A stretch of 64,000 bases of DNA from Orbicella franksi (GCA_964199315.1 OZ116711.1:5766001-5830000), one strand, 5' to 3'; shown: positions 1 to 13,256, counted from the first letter of the stretch. Numbers and translations are program-made. Notes: a model not told the origin generated them from the sequence alone.

Positions 1-13
1 TCTTGTTTAACTG

Positions 14-3000
14 TTATTCTATTTCAGATCTCTTACAGATCCTGTGTATACTAGTAGCATTTTCGTTTGCGGTCCCTTGCCACATTTGCATTTGTTTTTT
101 TCCTTGGGCGTTACTCACAATGTCAACATCTGGACTGTGAGAATCCAAATTAAATATCCTATGGATAGGTAGGAGATAATCATTGCGAAGCGAGAAAAGT
201 CTTCTCAAATGCTGTTTGTCCCCACCAGTGATCCTCTCTTTCATCACAGATTCCCCCTAATTGACCAAAAAAAAGATGGAACTTTTCATGTTTTTGTCGT
301 AAACATTCTGCGGGGATTAACTGATATATTATTTAGTGGTCATCACACGAAAGAATGAATTTAATTTAACCCCTTCGATGCTAACTTTTGCGGCCAAAAC
401 GCTCTTTTCTTAACCGTTGAATTTGTTTTTGGCATAATTTCCCCAAACTTTGCTAGAAAAGCATTTTTTTTTCCATTCACTGGAGCGAGATTTTGATAAT
501 GATTGCGTATTGTTGCGAGTTCAAGCAATTCAACCAAACTAGTCCACTGAATTACAAAGAGCTTTTGAGATTATGCCATGTAACACTTTTCACTATTCAA
601 AACTCGTCTTTTACGAACTCTATGTACATTCCTGACATTCAAAATTCAAATGGTTAACAGTGCAAAAAGCCTACGCCGAATTTGTCAGTGATTGTGAATT
701 ATCAATTAAAACGCAAAGATTGTGTTTTTCTTTCATTCTTTTCTATTTTTGCCTTGTTGTTGTAAAAATGAATAAAAAGTAGTAGGAGAAAGATGCAAAG
801 ACTGTATTATCCCATAATTAATTGGGAAAGATTGGCAGATCCTTTCTTAACTTTATCGTCAGCTGGCCTACCGTATCCTCATACTCTTCGTAGATCGTCT
901 GTGATCTGTCAACATCGGTGTACTCTGAATAGATTGCATACATGAATAACATGAAATGGAATGCAGTGTAACGGTAACATAATCAGTCGTTCGTCTTAAA
1001 ACTGTATCGAAACTGTCGTCAGTGGTGACCACATCATATTCGGAGAGTACATCTCATTTTACTAGTTAAGAACATGTACCCCAAGGAATGCTCAAACTCT
1101 AGAAACACCATTTATATATCATATACTGTGTTACGTGTTGTTGAGAAACAAAGAGCGGAAACTTAGGCTTTGATATGAAAGTTTTCCCCTTTCGAAATGA
1201 TAGCATTTCCACAATCGAGAAAAAAAAGCAACGGGAGGTCCTTGCCATTTAACATGCGTACAAATGTGTATATGTCTGGATTTATGGAAACAGTGTTAAA
1301 GAAAGCGCGTCCTGCTCAAGGGTTTTTTTCTCGCCAGGGATTATTTCGAAGTAGACGATATAAAAATCAAAAGGAATGTCAGTCTTTTTTTCCACCACTC
1401 TCTTATCTTCCTTTTCTTGTACCTCTCTCTCTATCTTTTTCCGCATTGACACGGTTTTCATAAATCCAGTCATATATATAATGACACTATTCACATTCAA
1501 ACTCCAACAAAACGGGTAATACAATAATTCACACATTGACACATAATTAAAAAGATAACTATTCATGGTACCTGAAACATTGTCTTGAGAAACGAACTCG
1601 TACATATCATCCAGTTCCTGTGGTTGTTGAGATACCTATAAGAAGAGGACGATAATAGCTAAAATGAGGTGGAGGTGTTGCCTAGTACAGTCCTAGTGGG
1701 AGGGGGGAGGAAATCCCATATAAAAAGGACGGTGTTGCTCTTCCTACTTTTTAGGGGTTTAAAAGCGGTGTTGGTACCTCTTAGGATGTTCAGCCTTAAA
1801 AGGTCCACAACGGGAGCTTTTGCGGTGCCTTTTAGGGTATTAGGCCGACAAAATATGACCGGGGATAAGGTGATGATTTAGAATTTGTAGCTCTTAGGGT
1901 TGAAAAATATTTCAGGCCATACCCACAAAACAGGATCTTGGTACCTCTTGGAGATTCTTTTGAAAATTTCCGACGAGCACCCGTCGCTTTTTGTATGGGA
2001 GCCCTCCCCCAAAAAATATCCCTATACATTTACAAGTGAAAAGTTAAATTTGAATAAACCCCCATTAGCCAAAACAACAAAGCGTTGGAGAGGGCTGCTG
2101 CAAGCCTTATTTACAAATAAAGCAAAGACAAACACGAAATTAACAGATGGAAGCATAAAAGAAAATGAGCAAATCAGCACAAAATTATGTAAATTTAAGT
2201 TACTATAAAAGCATATACTACTAATCTATACAACTTTAAGTAATAAACACGCATACGGTCAGCGGTTCTGATAAAAGACAGCGTTGCTTTTTCGAACTCC
2301 TACATTTCACGCGTCCACTGGAAAGTTGATTAATTGAGCTAGTTGTCAAAGTAACCAATCAACAGTGTAAATTATGACATAAGTCTAAACAGCAAACTTA
2401 CACTGACAATGTCAAGCTCTAAGTGTGGTGGGTTACGCCGTAGCTTTTCTTCCCCTGGAAAAAGAAAGGAACAAAGTCAGCGATTGTTTTTTGGATTCGT
2501 TTGTTGATATGTTTTGTCCGTTTCGCGATTGGATCTTGCTACATTTTATTCCGGCACTTAAATTCACCCACATCCCTCTCCTGATCCCTGCACCACAATG
2601 GCCCGTTGAGCTCGTCCCACAATCACCCAAATCACCAACCCCAATCCACGTTCACTGACTGAACGACTAGACTTTCTGACACATTCACTTCTTCACTCTT
2701 CTCAAGCTTATAGGGAGAAAAGCTAATCGTCTTAAAAGCACGTTCCATTCTGGGTCGAAAAAACAAAACCAGAGTAGCTAAAAGTAGACCGGCGTGGCTT
2801 GTTTAGTCTTTTATCGCACACGGAAGCCTAACTTTCGAAAAGGCAGTTCCCAAATTTACCAAGACGGTGAAACAAATTAATATAACCTCATATTAACGGT
2901 GATCATTAATGAAGTTCGTCCTTCGAGAGCCTAGTTAACTTTGCTGTAATAATCAGCTAAAAATCTGAAAAAAACGATTAGCGAATTTGGAGGAAAATGG

Positions 3001-6000
3001 TTCTATTCCGCTAATTATTTGTCGTTGCACCTGATTTCATCTTTAGCCGCATTTCCTTGAGTTCTTCTCTAAGGTCGAGTAATCTGATCCTTTCATTTCT
3101 TCGCTTTTTCAAGCACTGCTTCATCAACTTGTATTCATCATCATCAATTGATGGCTCTTGAGGTAGGTACTCTTCATTGACTTCCTGAAAAACCTTAATG
3201 AAACGCAATTTTCTTTCAGGGTTTAGAAAGAACGGGAGATTTCTTTCAGCCATTTCATATTGTCAAGACTTCCATTGGCGGAGATGATGCCCGACTCCGA
3301 CCAAGAGACAAATAAATTTTCCCTCTTTTCCAATAGAAAGATAATACTATTCTATGCTGAAGACAGAATAATTGGATTGAACTTATACATCTAGCATCAG
3401 CCTTTCGTTGGACGCTTAGACTTAGAGCTTGAAATATCAGTTCCCAAATTCCCTCAACGTTTGGATGCACTGCCCCAGCACAAGATGAAATAGCCATAGC
3501 TCGGGGACTGGGCTAACTCACTGCAGAGTTAACAAACCTCATCTATGGGAACCGAAAACTGAATGTCGACTTTTAACTTTAAAAATACATTTACGGTTAT
3601 AATCAATACAAAACACTTTGTTCAGTTCTTACATAATTGGCGACCTCACTATCCTCTCGGATGTGTCTGTGCGGGCAGCATCCAAGAGTGAGTACTTCGT
3701 ACATAAGCACAGCAAATGCCCAGACATCAGAGGCAGTGGAATACAAGTTATGCCGTAGACATTCCGGCGCTTTCCATCTTACTGGCAGGCCTTCATCATT
3801 TTCGCTTATACATTGCGGTAAATCGTCATCGAGCATGGCGTAATCATATTCTGGTGAGCGATTATCTTGGGCTGTGAAAAGAAGACGAACGTTTGCATCT
3901 ATAGTTATTTGCTGTCCATGTAGAGACGTTTTTCACAGTGCACTTAGATGAACTGCCTACTGAAGGATGCATGACAACTCGGTAACTACATGATTTAGAC
4001 ATCAACTTCAACTATATTACAGATTTAACAACTTTGAGAACTTCGATAAGAGCTCCCGCGTAACAATTTTTGTCTTTGTCTTATACTATGCGGATTCCAA
4101 CAAAGCTATGTGTCACATTGTGAACTGAAACGCACTAGCACTTTAGCTGTTGGTAATGCCTTTTTCGCTACGAAAATGGAATCTGTTTAGTAGGTTTTTA
4201 TATAGTGGTCTCATGACATGATACATAAGGTCACACAGGTCTATATCTGGAGAGCAATAATAGAACAATAGCTAATAAAATTAAGGTTGAACACATATGT
4301 TTACTATGAGTATGGACCTCAAAAGAAATTACACGAAAATGAACTACATGTGATTATTTTCGTTACAGTTTATCTTACCGTCTCCATAATGTCTGTTTTG
4401 TAGCATTTCTAAGGAGTGCAGGCCACTCAGCTTGGATGTATAACCATCTCCGACTAGAATGTTTTCCGCCATGACGGCCCGGTGAACCAAGTGCAGCTTT
4501 TGGTGTAAGTATAAAAGGCCTTCAATTATGCCGATAAACATTTTGTAAATAACGGACGATAGCAAAGCCTGGACTTCTCGAGACGTTCGAACAAGCTGAA
4601 GCAGATTACCGTATTTCTCATACTGTGTGATTATATGGTATGGTACGGTGGTTGTGTTATAGGCGAGAAGGACCGGAATGTTTGGATGCTGATTTAGGCT
4701 GTTTAATTGACATAAGTTGTAGGCTTCTGCAATTAGCCGTTTCTTCGCCTCCGACTGCACTGTGGTGTTTTCCTCCAGGATAACTTGCTTTGTGACAGCC
4801 AAAATCTTTACGGCCGCTTTTTGTCCCTTCAACATACCTCTGTTGACAAAACAGCTCGGTTCTTCGCGCCCCGCCTCACTGGCTATGATGCTGTTAACTT
4901 CCAGTGTTTGAGTCCTGTAGCAGGAAGTAAGGTGCTCGATGTGGAGTTCTGCTGGAAGTGTGTACTGTGCATTTTGGTTGTTGAGTAGATGAGGACCCAA
5001 AAGCTTCTTAATGAGACTGTCTTGACAGAACAGCACCCGTTTAGAAAGACGGTCAAGGATCGCTCTACATTCTGGCCTCTTCTGTGCTTTGTCATTCTTC
5101 AGGAGATTCACTAAACAGGAACCGGCTTCGATCCTCAATTCTTTATAAGAAAACAAATGAAAGAAAGCGAGCTTCTAAATCAGGTACATGGGCTGTACAC
5201 GGGGCTTAGCCTATATTTATACTAACTGTACGCAAGCAGTGTAAGAAATAACAGTTGTATTTCTTGGTTTGAATATTTTATATAACATAGACATTCTGTC
5301 ACTTAAGAGAAATGTTAACCTTTTTTCGCATGAGTACCGACTTGGGGTTGTTGATCTTACTTCTATGGAAAACTATACCGTGAAACTGAGTCAAACACTA
5401 CCTTAACACGTTCTTCATGGCCTCTTTCCAGATAGCACAATAATTACCTTTGGTGACGTTGTTCATTGAGATCTCCGACAGTAGAGATCCTGTTAAGAGA
5501 CAGAACTTCCAGTCATTTCCGCCTCCGCCATCAAGATAAGCTTCCACCACACGTCTGAGAAGAATCATGGCCTTTCGCTCCTTGTGCATCTGCGGAGTGG
5601 GACGTTCAGTATGCACCTGATTATTAAAATAAAAATAAAAAAAAATAGTGTACTGAGATGCTAGAACGTTTTGTGGGTGCCACTATATGATAAGAAATAC
5701 AAATATTTAAAAAGCAGTTCCACGATTCGATGCCATCTCTGACATCAATTAAGTCAATAAAGCTGTGAAAATTAGAAGCCCAAAGTGCAAAAATAAGCAT
5801 ACCACTTTATGATTTGACAAATTTAGCATGTAGCCGAGCGGACCTCCTTTTGGTCGTTGGCATGGCCCTATATTTTTTTCTTTCAGATTTCATCTGAGCG
5901 TTAGTAGTGTTTAGTGTTAGTAGTAGTTTCTTACAAATAAAATCGTTTCCTCAGTCTTGATCCGCGACTCACACCAGTAGTATATGGTGCCAAACCATCA

Positions 6001-9000
6001 AAACACGGTGATCAATCGAAGCAGGCAGAGAAAAAAAAATCATTCACAAAAATTATCAGTCTCGGTTAATAGAAGCATAGAAATACATATATTCTCCAAG
6101 AAAGGACCCTTACCTGTCCATGGAGATGGTAGAGAACACAGTGTAAATCAAACCATTTCACTTTGGATGTCTTCAACCTTTGAAATAACGACAACGTCTT
6201 TTCTTCAATTTGCTTATTTGCACATAGCGCCTTGCATTCGTCTAGGTGGCGTCCCAGATGTGTTTTCAGCGTCTTCTCTGGTGACTTCAAAAGATAGGAA
6301 ATTGCTTCCTGAATAAATTCCATTGAATATCTCAAAATGTCCTTCTTTTTCAGGTTGATCTGATTGAAATACACCTTCAGTTCCTCGAGATTTTTTAGAT
6401 TGTTCTGTAAGTCTATCCTGGAGAATCCTGATTGAACCTGGTGAATTATTAACTCTGACAGAATGTAGCCGTACACAGATAGTCTCAGTAGACGCACTGG
6501 ATCTGCCTCCTCTCTGAACACTCCATCTGGGGAAGCGATGGATGATCGTATGATTTTTTCTACACTCAGCAAACTTTGCTTAGAGTAGTCGAAGTTATCT
6601 CTGTATAGCAGATGCTGGAGATGATGTAGGGAATGTGTTACAACATCGCGACTACTTCGGCTGCAGCTTGCTTGGGCAAGGATTTTGTAGGTATCAATGT
6701 TACTAGCAGAGGATTTGCCCCACATGACTTGCTCCAGGTATGGCAAGATACCTCGCAGTATGAACTGTTCTTTCTCCTCCCTCAGGGACCCAGCACACGT
6801 GTCCATCTCTCTAATGAATTTTTCTGGATTCTCGAGAAACAACTCGACTGGCCATTCAAAATTAATTTCTCCTGTGAACATCAATGAAACGTTCCACTTG
6901 AAGTTTATCCGCGCCAAGACTGTAATACACTAACTATAAATCATAATCCTAGAATTTCCTATAAGAGGACATCTGTGAAGCAAACATGATGAACTTAGCT
7001 TTTTGATATGCTTTGCATATCGATCGTTGCACATCGATTGTAGTGTAGAACCATCTCGTTTATATTGTGTAAAGAACCCAACTGTAGTGGAATGAACCAC
7101 AGTTTTGGATAATATGGAACTCAGAGACTCTGGCGAATGCAGTATGCAAACTTGAAATTTACAGAAATGTATAAGGTGATTTTGTCAGCGATCGCGTGAG
7201 TATTCAGCAATATTTTATTGCGTGTGATTAAACATTCCAACAGTGGCACATGGGCTTCAATATATATATCAATGGTTTGAAACATTTTTAGTGATGCCTT
7301 TGAGTTTACCTCTCTGGATAGAGACACCGATGATAGGCTTAGGGTTCCAGTCTCCCACGTTTGTTTGTTGATAATAATTGTGATGACAATAACTGCCCGG
7401 AGAGGTCCTGGCGTAAACTAAATTTAGTCGCGTAGATGCGTCTATGGAATATTGGCTTTCTTGCAACTCTGGCTCCGTGTTCCTCTCAGATGGAGAAGCT
7501 TCCGTTCCTGGGTAGTTGCTGCTAGTATTGCCTTGATTAAGAAAATCGATAATTTTTTAAAAATAAAATTAGCGACAATAATTTTGAATGGAGTTCCGAT
7601 GACTCATTTATTATTGTCAAATTCGTGAACTAAAAGTCAGATTCTTATGAGTTCTTCATGTTCTATTCTCTTTGCATGTGATTAAAGACTCTAGAACAAG
7701 AATGTGGAATGTAGAGAGTGTTAATTTTAATTAACTTCAAAGTACTAAATAGTTTTGCTTTGATTGAGTCAGATAGAGTGTTCAGTTAAGGTTTCTTTTC
7801 TTGAATAAAGAGCATTTCGTAAATTAAGCGTTCAAATTTCTTACGACATTTCTTAAGAATGGTAAATTTGAAAATGATGAACGAGTCATCGAAACGTCAT
7901 TCAAGAATGTATCGCTAATATTTATTCTTAATTGTTTGTCTAAAGCCTCCGTTATTAGAATTTTTAATAGACTGGAAATTAGAGAACGGTTTCAGTTGTC
8001 TCTACTAACAAAGAACATAGTTGAAGAACTTGACTATGACCTCACATAGAAGTAGGCCCTCTGTTTCTACTGAGGTGATAAAACCGGCTCACCACGTTAC
8101 TAGTTTTGAATTCAACATAATTGCCATTACATAATGCGGACGGTTCATTCTTTTTTATTTCTTTTTTATTGAACTTAAGGTTCGAGAGAGTTAAGACTTA
8201 GGACATACCTCCATCTGGAGGCGCTGGGACAGTGTTGATAGTTCCGTGATCCCCAATGAGGGCTAGAACAGGACCGCTGGCTTTGATACTGATCAAATGT
8301 TGTGCGAACTGGTTCCTTTCATTTCCGTCAATGTCCCTGCTGTCTCCCAACGCTGAAGATAAAGAATATAACAAAACGGTATTTATGAAACAGCTTGTTT
8401 AGTTATCCTTTGTGTCAGCTTTTCTATCCACAGCTGAAGTGCACCATGCCACCAGACTCCGCTCGTCGTTTTCAGTGTTAACTGGCATAAGCGAATAATT
8501 AAATATTATATATTCAATGAGCCCACGTTGGACGAGATGAGGCGCGTAGCGTCGTGTTTTTTATAACCACTTTTGTCCAACAAGGGAGAATGGAAAAATT
8601 GTGTTATTTAAAAATCATTCAATCCACTGAATGTTGTGGACATTTCACTTGGATCATAAAGGAATCATGGCATGAAAAGGCAGGAAGATTTGTCGCGCGT
8701 TTTTCACTTCATGATCAGGTTTGAGTTGAAAGAATGAGGTCAGAAGCAAGCGAGACAGAGTTTTCTTCCGAAATATTCTTCGCATCGATAATCACCTCCA
8801 AAGTTCTCTACGTTTTTTAAATTTGTGACAAATGACAAATGGCTGCGGGAAGATCCGAAGTAGTCGCGTTGCTGAAAACACACGCCTTGGGCACGTCAAA
8901 TACGGTAAGAGTTTGCTTGTTGACGTGGCTCAGATTGTGTTGCTCAGAATCGAGCAGCCTCACTGAAGTATATAAGGACAAGACCCAAATGTAAGGTGGC

Positions 9001-9724
9001 AAACTCTACTTGAGTGCTAAGCTTGACTAACGGGACTTCATTCAGTCGTTTCTGGTGCACATTTACAAGCCGTTTCGATTAAATGTCTCGTATCAAACCC
9101 CCATTGTGATATTTCGTGGCTCTTTAAAACCAAACATTCTCCACCCAACTGCAGTCATTCAATAGCTTGCGTGCAGATACTTACTATCTCCTTTACTTCA
9201 CGAGAAAATAGTAACGTCTACACACAGTGTACCATTGAATGGCAGACTTTATATTCAAGAAGATTGAAAGGGCTGTGTGGCCCAGTGGCCTAGATAAAAT
9301 CTCCTGATATTAAATTCTATGAGACTTTCCTTGACATTAAATGCAGCATCAGCACTTTGAAGCTATAAATGGAAAACAAATCAATAAATAATCCATGTTG
9401 CATTCTTACCAGGAAATTCTGTGGCATCATCACAAATTGTGCCCCTTGCATCTTAAAATAGAAAAATAAAAAAAGTGATCTTCTACAAATAGTAAGACAT
9501 ATGTAATAGGATTTAGATATCTATCGGTTTATGTTTTTAACATGTTCTTAGCATTTGGCCAAATTCAGACTCAATATTATTTCAAAACAGAGTATAACAT
9601 CATTTTCATAGATCCTGACTTGCATCGTAAATATTTAAAACCTGCTGTAAGTTTCTTACCCTCCTGCGGCTGCGAGTCTTTGTGCTCATGCTCGTGAAGG
9701 CAACCATTTCATAATAGCATCCAT
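14..9724 (-). CDS. Multi-exon tyrosine-kinase-group pseudokinase with long helical N-terminal region and Tyr-rich C-terminal tail (~1004 aa if one +1 frameshift near 9699 is corrected)
   Basis: Phase-consistent GT-AG exon chain on the minus strand: 9724-9660, 9451-9410, 8352-8209, 7531-7310, 6919-6114, 5616-5448, 5140-4379, 3871-3633, 3184-3031, 2454-2402, 1635-1572, 924-872, 256-14. Kinase motifs: AAVK, HPNI, HRAVMAENILV, KLSGLH, LPVRWKAPE, SDVWAFAVLMYEVLTLG, YKLMKQC. The first exon is in frame only if one base is removed. The donor at 3030 (GTGCAA) is weak. Confidence 0.8.
1702..2010. mobile_element. Non-autonomous DNA element (MITE-like) in an intron
   Basis: Imperfect terminal inverted repeats GGGGGGAGGAAATCCCATATAAAAAGGACGG / CCGTCGCTTTTTGTATGGGAGCCCTCCCCC; no coding capacity; related ends occur at 24887-25284. 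Confidence 0.6.
3031..4900 (-). CDS. Protein kinase fold (TK group, catalytically degenerate), spread over three exons
   Basis: ORFs 4344-5156, 3603-3836 and 3011-3253 join in phase at 4379/3871 and 3633/3184. LPVRWxAPE is the tyrosine-kinase-type subdomain VIII motif. The catalytic Asp and the DFG Asp are absent. Confidence 0.9.
7568..7919. repeat. Degenerate inverted-repeat element (old MITE-like)
   Basis: ATTAGCGACAATAATTTTGAATGGAGTTCCGATGACTC at 7568 matches the reverse complement of GAGTCATCGAAACGTCATTCAAGAATGTATCGCTAAT ending at 7919. Confidence 0.55.
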
Positions 9725-9922
9725 ATTGAAATATATAAATCTCCTCTTAATAAAGTTGTTGTGCTTATTATCTACGCGCCTACAAAAGAATACACGGTTT
9801 CCTTTTCCGGCTGACTCCAAAACCACGGTTTGTCACCCTTCTACCTTGCTCGCTCTACAGTTATACGTGGTACAATTTGAAAAACGGATGGCTACATGAC
9901 CCATAAGGCCGGAGAAAAAAAC

Positions 9923-10772
9923 CTTTCTATGGCAATGTTCTTCATCCTGGACGGTAAAACATGGCCTCTAGCAAATTGTTGATAAAATCCTTTCCGTGGG
10001 AAACTAAACCTTGCGAAGCGTCCACCAGGATCCACCAAGAGAAGTACAGCACTTGACTCTCTCCGGTCTTGTATGCCGCTGAGCTCAATGCCAGAAGCTT
10101 CCGTCTCAATAAAAATCTCTGACTTCGACGAAGAGATCGGGAACGAAGCAAAGCCCAACCGACAGGTCACGAAAAATATTTCAAATGTCATCAAGTTCTA
10201 TTGTCCACGGTTCAGCTACAGGGGAACTGTCGCAGCGGGTCTGTCATATAGAATGGAAAGTTCCGACAGAAACGAGAAAATGTTCCATTTGGTTTCTAAG
10301 ATAAAGTTTAAGACACCGTGTTTTGAATCAATGCAAATCAGGAAAGTCAATATCTCAAAATCGTCTTCACAGTTCAAACAGATTCTATAAATGTTTTCAA
10401 AATTGGTTTCCTATAAAATAATATGACAATTACCTCTCCAGACATAAACAAATTTTTCTCCATCTCCAGGTCCTTTCTTAGAGAGGGTCCAAATATGTAC
10501 CGTCCAAAAGAATATTAAATGCCTCTATTGCTCGAACACACAATTCGGCCTCAGAAGTCGGAAGTTGAAAGTCGGAGATCAGAACTCAATGGAAGTCGGT
10601 TTCCTCTTGAGTTTTGAGCAAATTTTGTTACCAAACTAGTTAACAGAGTCAAGAAAAACTCGCTGGCATTGAATACCACCAGCAAAGTTAGCTCGCACCA
10701 CGTACAGACTACCCTGGGAGTAGAGTCGCTTCGATCTTTCCTTCCTATACCTAGGAAAGATGAAGCGACCAT
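9923..10772 (-). pseudogene. Decayed coding-like remnant of uncertain origin (possibly an old LINE ORF2 fragment)
   Basis: Protein-like stretches in shifting frames, broken by many stops (ETNFENIYRICLNCEDDFEILTFL; EPWTIELDDI*NIFRDL..FVP; RKLLALSSAAYK..KDFINNLLEAMF). No diagnostic motif seen. Confidence 0.25.
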
Positions 10773-13256
10773 GCTCGCAAGTTATTTTAAAACAGGCGTA
10801 AACGGGGAAGATGACTCTATGACGTCAGATGGGGGATAGCGGTGACAATTTTGCAAGCCGGACGATTTGTTCACGATTTGTTCACTCGTCGGGTCCCTGA
10901 AAAAACAGTTTTATCCATCATGGTAACAGAACTATATCGTCTCCACTACGTGATAACCATTGAACTTACCGACGTCTGAAGATTATGATAGTACCCTAAC
11001 TTAACGATGATGTCATTGGTAAATTTGACCCTTCTGCTTCGATAAGGTTTATTCAACCCGACCTCATCAATCATGCTACTCTATCCGAAAATCCGGGAAA
11101 AAACCCGTGTACTTACCTGTATAGACAATCTTTTTTTTCTTGAGATTTGGGTCAATGATTCTGAGCTGTCATTAATAGGCTGCTTGTCTTATGACTGTGT
11201 CAAAACATGCAGAGTGACTGCTGAAGCGCAGATTGTTAAATAAATACAGTGTTCATTTCATCTTTGGTTTGATTTAGGATGCTCAACTGCTGCTATCGAC
11301 AAGAAATTTATTGAACAAAAGAAAACAGTTAAATTTTAAAAGCGCGGTTATAAGATCTAACAGATCTTCTTGTTGAACCAACCTCAACCCAACGATATGA
11401 GCTAATCTAGACTCGATAGACAGCGACACAATGTTACGCCATTGCCTAATAAAACTGAAAATAATATGCAGAGATGGGGTCTCCAGCTGAGTCTTTCATT
11501 GGGCGCTCGAGGCTACTTTTCGAGTTCCTGCTTCAGTTCATGAAGCAAATAATCAAATATTCAGTTATTCCTTATCAGCACATTAAAGGTTGCTGAATGT
11601 ACTGGTATGATATTTGAGTATTCAGACTACCATTGAAGATGTAATGGAATCCGGATGAGAGTATATGAAGAGTGAGAATGAATTGATCGAATATGAGGCT
11701 GAAGAGGAACTTTTCCTACCACAGAAAAGTGTTTTTCTAATAGACCGTGCAATACGAATATAATGTTCATGATATTGGAAAGAAAGGGACAGCTGGCTCA
11801 AACATTTTAATGAACTACGCGCTAAGCACACGAAAGTTAAGCAACGTATCCTGGCTTGATTTTTGGCACTAAAGCCAATTGTTTCAGTGTTGTTGTTTCG
11901 GGTCGACAGTACATTGCCTACGTTGCATATATGCTAATGAATAGAACTTCTAATGAGCTTACGCAGTGCCTTTTTTATTTGTGGAATGGTACAAGCAGAG
12001 AAAGTGCAGGGTTGCTGTATCACACCGTGAGTTAGCTAAGAGCTCCACTTTTTTTTGGCATTAAGGCCATATCATTTTAAAGTTAGCTCGGTAGCCGATG
12101 GAGTATCGTGCAAAGGAGACCAGTCTATCTCAAAAATCATTTTGCATAACGGATCACTTTGTTATGACGTATCTTACCAACTATTTAATTGATTTGAAAT
12201 CCATTTAACCTACCCTCTTCTGCAGACATCTTGGTTACGTAAGGAGTACCAACATCATCCACAGACTGAAAAGAACGCGAATTCCACTCCTGCTTGCAGA
12301 AGCTTTACTAAACCCGACCTCGCCAATCTCGCTACTGTCACGGTATAATATACTGAATTCCGGGAAACCCCTAACATTGACTAAATTGGATTGTAAACAC
12401 TGACCATGGGCAGCTTGCCAATGAGATGACAGGCAGTAAGGTCGACATGGGAAGTGAGCTGAGTGAGTTAGTAAATTTATCTTTGGTTTCATTTAGAAGG
12501 CTAATCAGCTGTTATCAGTAAGAATTTTAACAAACCAGCCTCAACCTAATGATGACTCGGTATACAGCAACAGAATGTTACATGGAACACCATTGTCCAA
12601 TAACACTGTGACTTTCCAGGAGCGAAGCCACGTGTAGATTAGGGCTTAACAGGAGCTTGAACCACTCGAACGCACATTGTAATTCAAAGAAACCAGGTCA
12701 CAGTCAAATCAATAGTTAGCGTTTATTGGAAGGAGCGATGAAACAACAATATAGAAATCAGGATAACAAAATAGAGATGAACTTGTGATGAGAAGTCGTA
12801 GTAAGGGTTGTGATTGTGTGGTTCGAACTAAAAGCAAAACGATACAAAAGGCTTATGTAAGCTAATACTAGTTAAGATACAAAACATAAATCAAGGATAC
12901 CGATGGAACATAAATCTTAAACTATAACGACACGATTACAACTAAAATATATGTAGCAAAGACTTACTTTGATCTTGCTCCTGCGAGGGTAGCAATGGTA
13001 GAAACGATAGCTTAACACGATAGCGATGGCAGCGATAGCATAAAATAACAACGAAAACGTAGATGGCGTAACTAAACTGATAAAAGTGTGGTGTCTCTAA
13101 TTACATGATTCCAAAGGTTATATTGCGAAACTTGCATTGATCACAGCAATCACAGCATGAATAGCAAAAACTTAAAAAATGTACATAATCGTTAATAAGT
13201 AATAGTTATTTAAACAAAACAAAGAGGAAAACGAGTTACGAAAGTAACAAACACTA

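Noticed and set aside
2433-2630. 65-aa minus-strand ORF
   Set aside because: Only 2454-2402 is exonic, and in another frame.
3255-3497. 80-aa ORF abutting ORF 3011-3253 (possible two-gene or read-through unit)
   Set aside because: It lies in the intron between kinase exons 3633 and 3184 with no recognisable motif; the real exon starts at the acceptor at 3184.
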